Origin: Amphiscolops sp. MND2022
Taxonomy: Eukaryota
Assembly (NCBI GenBank): GCA_964187785.1
Contig: OZ076409.1
Span: forward strand, 76,572,001-76,636,000
DNA: 64,000 nucleotides
Reading direction: 5' to 3'
The first letter of the stretch is position 1. Every line of letters starts with the position of its first letter. Below, piece after piece: positions 35,601 to 49,167 of this stretch. The notes below the pieces were generated by a model. It saw only the letters and a list, made by a program, of their open reading frames with translations, did no database searches and was not told the origin of the DNA. Both the position numbers and the translations under genes were made by a program.

Positions 35601-35833
35601 GAAGAACTCCATCTATATCTCCATATAGATCTCCAAACAGAAATAACTCAAATTACAGATATAACTCCCGCTCAAGATACAGATCTCGTTCTCAATCACA
35701 AGAAAACTCCTTTAAACGATATAATTATCCATATAGATCTCCATCAAGACCTAGAGATTTTAGATCACGATCTAGAACACCCTCACGAAACAGACAACAA
35801 AACAGAATAAATCAAGTAGACGTTAAATTATAA
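32652..35833 (+). pseudogene. gag: Element D gag with a long N-terminal extension, capsid, one CCHC and an RS-rich tail
   Basis: MKPFDG..PEEYLQQVE..LTGTALDWY..WNSFVQLFKKQF capsid; CSYCHKNNHGISNC; joining 32652-33431 to gag is inferred. Confidence 0.85.
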
Positions 35834-38800
35834 AAGACAATGATAGTACAAAATTTGAAATCCACACTTGCCAAATAACTGAAATCGCTGATACAATTAC
35901 TCCTTATAGTTGGTTTTATCCACTATATGTTCATGCTTCTGAAACAAATGATACCATATTACCTTCAAAATTAGAAATCTTATTCCTCTTAGATACTGGA
36001 GCATCCATATCTGTTTTGAATTTACCAACATTTCATGTAATTTCCACACAATTAAACATCAATGTTCCGACCAATCTTGAAAACAAAACTTATGTACTAG
36101 GGTAACAATCCCTATTAAAAATTAACAAAATAGAAATTAACGACAAAACACTTCAACTTCCTATACCTTCATTTCTTGGAAATCTTCGACCCTCAGATAA
36201 AATTCGAAAAGATTTTCCTCCATTACCATATTCTACAGAAAACCAACAATTCTTAAAAAAGTTTAACTTTGAATACTCAGATTTAACCGATACAGAATAT
36301 GTAAACCTCTGCAATATTTTGATTGATAATCAAAATTGTTACGCCAAACATAAGAACGACGTAGGAAAATTTTCTACTCCCTTTCGAATTAGAATAAAAG
36401 ATAACTGTAAACTTCAAACACAAAGACCTTCTAAAGTACCAATTCATCATAAAGATAGGCTGAATAAACTTTTACTAGAACTCGAAAAATACAAAATAAT
36501 AAAACAATATAGTTCCACCTCAAATGAAAAACACACAATTGGAACAACATTTTAAAACCCTCTATTTGTTATCCCAAAAGGAGACGCAATAAAAGTTGTC
36601 TTAGACGCAAGACATTTAAACTCAAACACCAACCAAGAACTTGAATCTTGGCCCATTGAACGTTTAGCTCCTCAATTAGCTAGAGCAAAAAAATATAAAT
36701 CAACTATTGATCTAATGTATGCCTATGCTCATACACCATTAGATGAAGAAACAATCAAACTTACAGGATTTTCATCCGGTGACAAACTATACGCCTTTAT
36801 CCGTGGATTTTACGGATTAAAGGGACTTCCAAACTATTTCACAAAACAAATGTCAACTTTCGTTAGACCACTTATAGACAAACGTTCTGCGTTAGTGTAT
36901 ATTGATGATTTTTTACTACTCGCAAATGAAAAACAAGAAATGTTTGAACTTATAAAAGAATTACATAAAATAGCATCTCGAGAAAATCTCAAACTTGCAC
37001 CCTAAAAATCATTCTACATGTTACTCAAAGTAAAATTCCTTGGACACGAATTTGGTAATAACACAATCAAACCAATTCCATCCAAAATTGACGCCATTAA
37101 AAAAATTCCATCACCAAAAGAAAAAAAAGATGTTATGCAATTTCTTGGCAGTGTTAACTTCTATTCAAAATTCATTGAAAAACTCCATATAAACCTTAAA
37201 CCATTGTATACATTACTACATGATGATGGTAAATTCCAATGGACACCTGAAAAAATATTTCAAAATGTAAAAAATGCAATGACAGCAGACACTGAATTAA
37301 CCATACCCAATACAACGCATCCATTTTTCAAAACAGTAGACGCTTCGTTAGTTGGTTTAGGCGCAGTCTTATTCCAAATGAACGAAGAATTCTTAACACA
37401 CAAGAACAAAAACTTTCAACTTTAGACAGAGAACTTTTCGCAATAGTTTAGGCATTACAAATATATGAATTTTTGATCATTGGATCTCCTCATCCCATAT
37501 ACATATTCACAGATCACAAACCTCTACTACATTGTTTTGCAAAGAAAAGAAATCCTAGTCCTTGATTTTATAGAGCACAAATGCAATTAACCAAATTCTC
37601 CAAACTGAAAATCATTCAAACCCCTGGAAAAAACTCAACCGTAGAAGATATGCTTTCACGAACTTTTACAAAAGAACAATTACAAGTACATCAATTACGA
37701 CACAAACAATTACCACCTCAAATAGATTTCTCTATCATGAAAGATAATCAACTCAAACCAGTACACTATTTGGTAAAACATGAAGAAATCAAATATAATC
37801 AAAAGAATGATTGTCATCTTATCCTTGCTGACTACGGAGACGACCAATTCTCTATCCGTATAAATAACAAAGGAGAAGATATCCACATCAAACCTTTAGA
37901 TTCTTTCTCTTTTCAATCTATTGTTCCATTTGAATCAAAATATAAAAAACCCACAAAAAACCAAACAAAATCTCTCTTACAACAATCGAAAATTCTTAAC
38001 GATACTGATATTCTCAGTGATGACGATGACCTAACTCAATCAAATAATATCCAACATCAAAACTCAGACATATCAAAAGAACACACACTGGCTATACAAT
38101 ATCCTACCAAATCCTATTACTGTAATCAACAAGTTCCATTTTTTGATCCATCTTTCTTCAAATACAAAAGATATTTTAGTTATTTCTTCCTACCAGAAGA
38201 TACACAAATAACAATTGAAACAAAAAAAACTCAACAAAAACAAGACACTGTTTTACAAAAAGTTTACCAATGGGTACTTAATAATGAAAGACCCTTACAA
38301 ATAGACCCAACAATTGCAGCAAATTCTTTCTTATTAGTATATTACAAAATTTTCAACCAATTGTATGTTAACCATGATACAAAAATTATTCACCTAGATT
38401 ATCCTAATCTTCACGATCCAAACCCGAATCAAAGAGACAAAATATGTTTACCATCTAAACTCTTCCTTGCAGCTTTTAACCAACTTCACGCTCATGGACA
38501 CTCAGGAATAAAAATATCCATCAAAGCTTTTAACCAATTTTACTTCATACCATATTTGAATAAATGGATGTCAATATTCATCCATGATTGTATTGAATGT
38601 CAACAAAATAAACATATTAACCAAAAAATACAAACTGCATCCATACAAACATTTTCAGAAAATGCTTCATATTTCAACTACCGAAAATCAATGGATACAA
38701 AAGGACCCATAAACCCACCAACAAATCAAAACTCATACATTCATGTTATAGTAGACGCTTTTAGTCACTCTGTAGTAACAGTACCTATAAAACAAAATAA

Positions 38801-39970
38801 TGCTCAGAACGCTGTTAACTCCTTACTACATCATTGGATAACAAAATTTGGACCTCCTGTATACCTAGTTACCGACCGTGGATCAGAATACATTAATTCC
38901 GAATTCGCAAACTTTTGTACCACAATGGGAAATAGACATTCACCAAGAACTCCTTATGCACCATAGACTAATGGTTTAGTTGAAAATCAAAACAGAAATT
39001 TTGGAACTCATCTCAGACTTTTCTTACATAACACTCCAGAAAAATGGTCAACTCAAGTTCATATGTATGCTTATGCACATAATTCACAACCACTTTCTGA
39101 AATGAACTTATCTCCATATGAAATAGTATTTCATACTATACCCAGAATTCCAATCAATTTTGAACTCAATCTCCAAAGAGATACCTATGGAAATTGTACT
39201 TCCCAATATTGTCAAGAATTACCACTTCATACACACTATGACAAACAAATCTAAACCCCTTCTTCCATAAAATTTTATCCAAACCGATCCCACAATGGAT
39301 TTTAGCCACTGAAACTGCTATGATACAAATATACCACACAGTATATGAAAACACAAAAAGAAAAATTATTTCTTACGCTTATTTTAACAAAACATACCAC
39401 AATCCGAGACCCTTGGATATTGGTACATTTGTACTAAAAAGAAAATTTCTCCATGTTCATTTTTCCGACAAATTAAAACCTCTCAGAATTGGACCATTCA
39501 AAATTATTAACAAAATTTCCGATATAACATATGAAATTGTTAATCTCACATACACAGAAATCATTTAGTTCCTTACTATCCAAAAGAACCAATTTTATTT
39601 TCTTTCCTACAACAGTATAATCCTCATTTACTCAATGATAATTATTCGAATATAAACGATCCAAAAATTCTTTTGACTCCGATGAAAACCAATTCAGTGA
39701 CGAAGATCAATTTTCTTCCACAAAATTTAATAAAGAAACGGATATACCATCCACAATCAACTTCCAACCGGAATCATTTAGCCAATATTTTTCATTTCCG
39801 TACCCAAAAAAAGAACAAGATTCTAAAAATACCAACTCAGATAACCAAGCAGAAATTCATGATTATGATAATTTTATTAACCCCCGAAGACACCCCTATA
39901 ATAGATACAATTTCCGCCCACAACCAAGAAAAGACTATCGACTTTTCCTTGGTGAAAAGGATATAATTTC
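35834..39970 (+). pseudogene. pol: Element D pol (PR, partly deleted; RT; RNase H; IN)
   Basis: LLDTGASIS, GFYGLKGLPNYF, YIDD, VDAS/TDHKPL, HAHGHSG..CIEC, MDTKGP, VTDRGSEY, GPF motif. Confidence 0.93.
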
Positions 39971-40133
39971 ACTTTCTCAAAATCCTGCTGAAATACAGAA
40001 AGAAAGAAAATTTGAAAGAAAGAAAGAACGTTTGAAACTTAATGTGAAATTGAATGCAAAAAATTTTTTCACAAGTGATAATAAAAGAAAGAAACTCTAA
40101 TTAACATAAAATTAACTAACTTACATTTTGAAG

Positions 40134-41420
40134 CAAACTACCCTAACACAAAAGATTTCAAAATTGATAGACACACTCATTCACCATCATCAACTACAAA
40201 TTATTCATCTTCTAGTTCAACACAATCACTCCAAACATTACCTGAAAAAACAGCATATTTAAACTCAGATACAGAAATACTGGATTCCTCATCCTCAAAC
40301 CCCAGTCCATCCGCTCCATTTACTCCTGATAGAGTACCAGCAACACCCACCAATAAACCTATATCCCAGACTCAAAAACCAGTAATAACAACTCAACCAC
40401 AACCTATTTCACAAAATTTAGTATTTTCAGAAACAAGTTCACCAGTTACTGACTCTAATGATGAAACACTTACAACATCAACTACACAAGATACTTCAAG
40501 TATTTTAAATAGACCTCCTTTCCCACCATTTACTACCACTCGTTCCGTTTATATCCCTGATCCCAACTCAGTTCTGCAATACATAAATTCTTGTCCACAT
40601 AAAATACACACAGCAACTAAAACAAAAAGAAAAACTCCTTTACCTACATTACCACAAGACCTTAACTTACCATCAACAAGTCATACTCCACCCAAACTAC
40701 CACAAGACCTTAACTTACCATCAACAAGTCATACTCCACCCAAACTACCACAAAACCCCAACTTACCATCAACAAGTTGTACTCCAATAACATTCCTACC
40801 ACTACCAGAAACTTCATTAAAGGCATCAGTGAAGAAATTACAACAACACCCAATTCCATCACCATCTGTAAGTTCATTCACATTTTCTCAAACATATCCC
40901 AAACTTGAATTAGAACGTGTACATTCAACCACTACCTCTTCTTTAACAGATTTATATCACAAAGATAAAGATTCTGACTCAACTGTCAGTACTAGAGTAC
41001 CAAGACATAATTACAACCTTAGATCTCAACAACGAAGAAATTCTCAGGAATTACAATCTTCAACTAGTTCAAGTACAAACTCAAGACTAGTTAGACAGCA
41101 CGTTGAACCCAGATTAATTAGACACTTCTTCTCTTTCCTCATCTCAACCCACTATACCATCTTTTTTATCATTACCATTTCAAATCACATCAGGATTTGA
41201 AACAGCTTCTCTTCTTTCTGAAGACCCAATAACTATATCAGATAGCGCAGCTAATTTTTCACAAGTTTATTCACCTAGTTCAATAACATCAAACTCTTCC
41301 ATACAACTACCTGAATAATTTTTAGAAGATTTCTCAAGACCTCCAACACCAAACCCTCACGAATATCCCATCCGTGTTAATTCAAAAATTGTTCGACTTA
41401 ATTGTAGAACAAAATTTTAA
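40134..41420 (+). pseudogene. Ser/Thr/Pro-rich ORF between pol and env
   Basis: Frame open from ~40200 to 41200 without an upstream ATG, then frameshifted; contains a 48-bp tandem repeat. Confidence 0.5.
40651..40787 (+). repeat. 48-bp tandem repeat, ~2.8 copies (PQDLNLPSTSHTPPKL)
   Basis: ACCACAAGACCTTAACTTACCATCAACAAG.. at 40651, 40699 and 40747. Confidence 0.95.
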
Positions 41421-41434
41421 CCAATAATTTAACC

Positions 41435-44010
41435 ATGAATCATATAACTTTTAGCCTATACCTAGTATACATAATACATGTTGTTAAATACATATATATA
41501 TTACACATAGTTCACTCTTTAGTTCACCCTTCAACTGTTCCTAAAGTTGATACAACCAATTCCGAAAATCAAATTTCAGACCAAAACCCCAACAATTTAA
41601 ACTTAATGGTATCCCATTATGATTGTGCAAAACAAAACAACTTAAGCCAATTCAGTTTATTAAATGTTGAACCATGTAAACAAGCACCCTCAGATATACA
41701 ACACACAAAAACCTAAGCAACAGTTTATGTTAGAGCAAAAGCCAAAAGAATAAAAGCCTTTAAATGTGAAGCATATATAAAAACTGAAAAGGTCTGGTGT
41801 TCACAAAAATTCTCATCCAGTAGACGACATGATCGTTTACAATGGGGACAAAACACATTAGAACTTCCAAAAATATTAGACCCCATTGAATGCAAAAACA
41901 TGATAAGATATTTAAACGCGACTGATAGCGAAGAACTAAACAATTACAATATACAAAGCTCTTTCTCATTGTTCGACGATAGTAACTATCAAAACACAAT
42001 TGAACGAATTCAAACACCATTTAGAGTAAAAAAATTAAACACATGGCTTATCGGAACCTTCGTATTCGATGAACATTATCCCGACTGGATAGTTAATGTT
42101 ACACAAAATACATACTCCAGATGTCGAGCCGACCGAGAACATTTAATTACCCGACAAAGTTGGAAACTTAGAATTGTTAACACCGCAATAGATTATGATG
42201 ATAAAAACAATCAATTAATACATGACGGACACATATTACCATGCTATCATTCAGACGGATTTTGTAAACCAACGACAAAAACCCCATATACATTAACATG
42301 GTATGATGAAAAAATTTGCCTCATATTTCAACTTCAAGAATTCATTGGTAGAATGACACGAATTAAAGATAGATATTGGATAGAAATCGATACCTTCATT
42401 GAAACTTCAAACATCACACAAAAACTTCAAACCGAAGGAATACAAGGAACAAGATATCCCACTGTGAAAACACCACAATCAAAAGTAAGTAATCCAAGCC
42501 TTTCTCGACTTGAAATATACCCAATTGCACAAACCTACTGTGGAAAACCTGAACCATTATTCTCAACACAATATGATGACATCTTTGGTACATACTTAGA
42601 TGGTTTTGATATGAACACAGGACAACCAAACCCACACTCAATAATTGATCAAACAATTAGTGGAAACATAAAAAATGATGACTCAAATAAAAGGTATATA
42701 TTCCCTGCATTGAATATATCAAACAATTTCGCCCCTTAGACTATGATGCCCACATTATTACAAAAATTGATTTCACAATAAATCATGTATTTAAATCCAT
42801 GACAGTACAAGAACTAAACACCCTTCATACAATTTGTGAACGGGAAAGAACTCAATTGTTAACAACCTTAGCTATGTCAGTCAAGAATCCTCAATTAGCC
42901 GGTTTTCTTTTAACTGGAAATCGTAGTAACTTTCTCTACGTTGAAGGATCTAGAGCATGGCTGTATGATTGCCCTCATTTTATATCAACACTATACAAGG
43001 CAGATAAATGCTTTGATAGAATTCCCATTTACTACAGAGAAATTATAATGTATGTTGATCCTATAACAAGACAAACTTTTAACTATGCAACACCAATTGA
43101 ATGTGGAAATAACCCACAAAATATAATTGAATTAGACCCAGATTCTAACGACGGAGATTTTTATGTGTTAACACCAGAACCACTCAATTGAGAAGCACCA
43201 CAAATGTTTAAACCTACCCAGTTTAAAACAACAATTATTCCTAATACATTTACCCCCCAAGATGCAGGTATATACTCAAATGCAAAATTAGATCAATTTT
43301 GGAACAGAGTATTATTCGCTAAACACTCAGACACAACTCTTCAATTACTTGGAAAATCATTAAGCTATGATTTCATCACAGTGCATAATGATAAACATTC
43401 CTACTCAGGACATAATCCTTATAATCATTTAAGGATTGGAGTACATGACCACTTGTTAAACTTCTTACCACTTTTCAACCCTGACTGGTTCTGTCAAGCA
43501 ATCATTAATTTCTTTGGATATCCATGTTATGTTTTAACACAATGTGGAATTTACTTTTCAACATTTCTTTTCATTAGAGAAATTTTAACATTTTTACTCA
43601 AATTCTACACAACAATTAGCATAAAATATAATCTCCAAAGCAACATTTCCATTTTGAGTTCAATTGCCCATGGATTTTTTAATATAGTTACATCGGAAAT
43701 GATAACCGATTTGAACAATACAGGAAAACGAAAACGGATATATACTAAACACAAAATCACAACAAGTGAAAATGATAATATCATATTGCCAGAAAAAGAA
43801 TTACCCAAAAAACGAAGATTTTCTGATAATGACTCCCCTTATTTACCTCCTAAATATTCCAGTAAGAATTCAACATTTCAATCACCGCCAAAGACACACC
43901 CAACTAATGTCAACGATATTAACTCTCAGGACTATGACCCAATATTATCAAATGTAATAGCTGTACCGGAAAGTCCTGCTAAAGTCTTTATAAAATTTAA
44001 TCCCTCCTAG
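41435..44010 (+). pseudogene. env: env: class III (chuvirus G / herpes gB-like) fusion glycoprotein with stops and a frameshift
   Basis: Hydrophobic signal; HYDC..FSLLNVEPC; LPCYHSDGFC..W..C; ICERERTQL..NPQLAG; WLYDC..CFDRIPI..YVDPITR..IEC; C-terminal hydrophobic segments. Confidence 0.85.
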
Positions 44011-44450
44011 CTAAAAAGCAAAAACCAAATAAACAAATTAACCTCAGAAAAGTTAAAAAAATTATCAACAAAATTTTCCTCAGTTTAACTTTCATTCAAA
44101 CCCAAATTCTCACTTGGACCAGTCTCTCCTTTCAACTCAACTGAAAATTCATTTGCCCATCACAACTCAACACTCAACCAGAAGACTTCAACTGGATCTT
44201 CAGTCCATCTAAAAGACCGAAATTACAGAAGTTTCTATTCCTGGAATAGATGCCACTGTGATTGTTGATGTTTTCAACCCACAATTGACTCAGTTATTCT
44301 CACACTGTAAGTACAATTTAAACTTCAATTTTAGCAAACAATTTAATGGACAGAAAAGACATAACAAAATTTTTCCTCCTTATTAGAAACAGTATAATCA
44401 AATGTTATAATCATTATTTTAGCTCTACAAAAACACGAAAGTCTAATTAA

Positions 44451-45742
44451 TTGGAATCCTTGCCCGAAATTGATGTAGTTAATTCTAACTCCTCTGAATT
44501 GTTTGCATCCCCTTTGAATATAACTATTCGACAAAATGTTAACGAAGATAATAATTCATCTTCAGATTCCCAAGATCCCATGGAAACTATTCCTATTGAA
44601 CAAGTAGATCATGTTAACGCAAGATCTCAAAATAGAAAGTCTCCAGATATAACTGCAGACAAACCTTTTATGGAATCTGGCGCTTGCCCTCCTTTCATAA
44701 AAGCAGTTAAACAAGATGAAGATAGAGATTGTGAATTAGTTCCTATTCTCTCATCAAAACAATTTACCTTTCAATCTCAGTTAACATCGTTATACATGAT
44801 TCCAACAAAATACAACTTCATCATCAGAGAATTCAAAAATGAGTATCATACTTCAATCGCTTCAAAATTGATTACCCCATATGATTGGTGGTTAAACAAT
44901 AAAGTAAAAATTTTCTCACTCCAATACAACTTCCTCAGACCATCTCCATATGATCTTCGAACCGAAGAAAATGATGCAAATTTTTTGCCATACCAAATCA
45001 AAAAGGCTCATCACATGACTTATCAGAAGTTTCTTCACTACAAAGAGCCCGATAAATATATATTCTTCAACTCCAAATACACGTCGCCATTTACTTTCAA
45101 CTCAGAATACTTGATAGATCATATCAAAACAAAAGGAAAACTTAGAAATTATGATCCGCTTTAACAAAGTTTTTTTTTCCTTCCAAATGATAACCCAAAA
45201 AGACCAATCATTGTACCACAAGAATACCTCATTCTGAACGACGATTCGCTACTACAAGAAGATATACCTCAAAATATATCTGATTCTCTTCCTCCACTTC
45301 AACATATAGCCTCTCAACCTCTGGGAGACTGTGAAAAATCTTACTTTTACGCAATGACCAAAAAGGGATATTCAAATAATGAAATAATTTTCATTATTTC
45401 TCATCTACTTTCACTTCTTACAAATGGAAATACTAAAGAACACAAAAAGACAAAACAAGAATCGCCAAAAAAAACAAAAATGACATTCCTCAACCACAAA
45501 GTTTTCGCCCAACGGACGAATTACAGAAATATACAGAAATTTTGAACATCATAAAACCTTATCATCATCCGAACCGAGATATTCTTATAACAATCGCCGA
45601 AATCGTAAATACTCTTGAACAAGCTCGAAGCATAATACAAAATATCGTATTCGATACGACAAGAATTAGCCAATCAGCTTTGTGTATTCGCACTTCTTTG
45701 GACGAATTCAATTATACTATTGAAAAAATGCACCGATCTTAA
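44451..45742 (+). pseudogene. Post-env accessory ORF(s), unknown function
   Basis: 237-aa open frame plus frameshifted continuations at 45165-45545 and 45542-45742. Confidence 0.5.
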
Positions 45743-47759
45743 CAGGTAATTATGGGATAATAATTTTAAATTGTTAACACTTATCATTTAATCTCTTAAC
45801 AACCTGTCAAAACTAATTGAGTCTACACGCATATGCCTGCTATGCATGATTATATTACCTGTTTCATATTAAAATACTCTTTTGAAATAAAATAATATAA
45901 AATTTTCAACCGCGACATAAAATTTTTAAACAAAATTCCTCAATTGCTCCTCCTTTTAATGGACTGATTTTAACAAATAAGTGCTTATATGAAAGATATT
46001 TAAATACCCTTCAAAAGACTTCCATAATACATCAATTTAATTCTTAAAATTAAAAAGTTATAACATCACAAATTACATAAAAAAAAAATGTCAACTAAGA
46101 AACTCTATTTTAAAAGGAACTTTATTGTAAACAAACTAATCTATTTTAGGTGAATACCGTCACAACTGCTTCATCAGCATTTCTTCCTTCTCTCAAGACG
46201 TCCATCCAAAAAGATTTCCAACGAAATCTTCTACAATTTTCAACAAATTTCTTCATATTCTTCAATATGACGACACTCCATTCTGGTGACATTGATTGCC
46301 CAATAGCTCCTCTTCTTTCCTTCAGCTCGATTGCGATCCCTGATTCTGAAAAAGCATTTAACAACATTAAATACACAGCTCAAGACAGATAAAAAGGCAG
46401 ATCCTCATTTTACAAGAATGATATTGCTCAATATGTTTCAAATATTCCAAATTACACGAATAAACTTTGACAAAAATCTTCAAATTCATAAACATCCTGA
46501 TACATATTCGACCAAACGAGACGCCACTACCCAAACAGAGCATACTACCATCAAGCCCAAACATTTATCACGAAATCTATCTAACAGAATGCGTTCTGAA
46601 ATGGAAAAACAAAACCTAAATTCCTATTGGCTTCAGACAATAACGACGATACTGATGAAGAATTTCAAAAAAACCCTACAGAAACACTTCTAGATGATAA
46701 CTCCCCATACAAAACGTACACTTACGTCTCTTTTTGATATCAACAGATGACATCAACAGCACTCCTCAGATGACAACTTATCTTCCAATCCAAACATCCA
46801 CAACGCTTGCTCGTCACAACTCAGCGCCCGTTCTTCACAACTTCACAGCCGCCCAACAGCTGACCCATCTTCATCCATCTTCCAATCTTCAATCTTCAGC
46901 CATCCAGTTCTCAGCCGAAGAAGATGATAAATAATCAATAATAAAAGAAACTCAAAGAAAAAACATTGTGCATGATAATATTTAAAAAGATTCAAACTCA
47001 TACCGAAAACATTTGCAAAGTATGTATTTCAAATTTCATCCCCACCCATGTTTATTTGCCCTCAAAATCATTTAATTCACACCTTTATCGATGTTTATTT
47101 GCTTTATTTTTAAAGAATACTTAATAATTATCAATTTTTGGTGCTATCCTACCCAAAACTCACATATGTTATTCACAAATCTTTTCAACATTTCAACAAA
47201 ACAAGTTCAAAAAATAAATCAAGCACATTGTTCAAAGCAGATTCGAATAATGACAGACCCAAATTCACAACTTTTCCAACATTTGTTACATAACAAACCC
47301 GCCAAAGTTGACCACAACCTGATATCTTTTCAGACAGTTTTCACACTCGATGAAAAAATCTTATCAACAAAATTTTTTCAATGACTCTTTGACCTTTAAC
47401 TTGTATGATGTTTGCTCACATTTGTTCAATGCGAAGTTCATTCAAAGACTTCAACAGAGGCATAAAATTGAGCAACTACCAGTTCAAAAAACAAGCCGAC
47501 GAAAGCTTAGTGAAAAAGAACACTTTGACGCTTTTTGAACTGTAGTCGCACCTACGAGGTGTCAATCAAAATTTTGACAATTCGAGGTACACCAATGAGT
47601 CGAACTTACACCACTCTTAAAGAGACTTATGCCAATCATCCATCAAATGAAAATTGTTAACTAGCTGAAACGCTAAGAATATTTAAACAAAAAATTTTTT
47701 CTTCATTTTAATTAATGATGCTACTTTAAAATTTTATTTTATTTAAAAACCGGGATGGA

Positions 47760-48029
47760 TGTACTGACCTACATTAATAACCAATAGTATTTAGATGTTT
47801 ATAGAATGTTCTAGAATGTACATTGTTTATTATTGAATGACTGTAAGTCTCTTCTCCCTCAGAGAGAGAAAACTAATAATCAGTATTTGGTTGACTTCCC
47901 TTTTGTTCTACTTCTACCACCTCGAACTAGTTGTAATAAAGTTAGCTAGCTAGCCTGTCTCTTAGCCGCTTTTTAGTAAGTTGTGAATAACACCACCACC
48001 ACACATAACCAACCAGAAAAAGCAGTACA
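47760..48029 (+). repeat. Element D 3' LTR (270 bp)
   Basis: Follows the PPT; TSD ATAT follows. Confidence 0.95.
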
Positions 48030-48426
48030 ATATGACTCATATGATCCACATTTTGTTGCTAAAAACCTGATTGTCTGAAATGTAACAGCAATTGTGTAAA
48101 GTGTTGTAACAGAGAAGATTGCCTTTTTATTCTGTTTTTAGTCGGCACTTTTGGAACAAAAAAGGCCTAACTCTTACAGATTGCTAATTTGTTTCTCCAG
48201 ACCTCTAACTGACAGGTCCACTTTTTGCTACCATACTTTTTGAAGCTTTTGTCGTTTTTATACAACTTAGAAAGTTTGGTTTTGCTTGTTTTTTGCGGCA
48301 TTTGAGATTTTCAAAGCTTCTTGATGTTGCCAAAGTTTTCATTTATGCTTCAAAAGATAGAGGAAAGACTATACAATGTTTCTCTTGTTTGCAAAACAAC
48401 CGAGTTGGCCTCCTTCGATGACCAAT

Positions 48427-49167
48427 TGTAACGTCAGGCAAGGGACGTTGCTGAAGTTTTCGAAAATTTCGATCAAAAATTCGAAAAGTGCGGTATCAAA
48501 CAAGCACATTCAAGATGGCCTATCCGACAGGTACGAAAACCGTAGAGGAAGCAAAATAAAGGCAAAACAACACCAGAAGACCCCACCCCGACCCAGGAAC
48601 GTAAAAGTCAGAGATGTCATCACCCAGAAGGCGAGAAAATCAGGAATTGTGCCATCTGACAGCAAAAAGACAGGGTTTCGGTAGAAAAGTGCCAAATGAG
48701 ACCATTGTGCCCGAAGATGAGGAATGATGCCAGAGGCCAAACTGACGATCAACCCTGAACTGTAATGTAATTGGGGTTTATCCCCGTGCTTTGTTACCGT
48801 TTACGGAGTATTTGGATGATGTTTGATCTACTAGATCTGTATTTTAGAACTTATTCCCCAAATACAATGTATTCCAGTTAGACACCTTTTTGGACGTCGG
48901 AAGTATGTAGGAGGTGGCAGGAATGTATGTTAGGAACCTAGGATTCGTTTTTACAGGCTTGTGGGGCGTGTCCGGACTTTGAGAGTTCCGGCGCGTCGCC
49001 TCGGAGCTGTAACTAGAGGGGCCTCCTGTGACGAAAGAATAGTCCCCTTGGAGACCATTTTAGGAACAAAAACTAATGTCTAAGGATTAGCAAGACAACG
49101 TTCTCCTGTTTAAGCACCCTGGGCATTGTCCCTCTTCCTAGATGTGCGTCGCTAGCCGGTCGTTACA
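48427..49167 (+). mobile_element. Probable solo LTR (741 bp)
   Basis: TGTAACG..CGTTACA termini; same termini and similar size as the element F LTR; flanked by AAT on both sides. Confidence 0.6.

Larger units (their letters stand above)
30463..48029 (+). mobile_element. Element D: 17.6-kb env-bearing retrovirus-like Ty3/Gypsy element, ORFs disrupted
   Basis: LTRs 30463-30733 and 47760-48029 (TGTACTG..CAGTACA); 4-bp TSD ATAT at 30459-30462 and 48030-48033; PBS TGGTGCG at 30736; PPT AAAAACCGGGATGGA. Confidence 0.97.
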
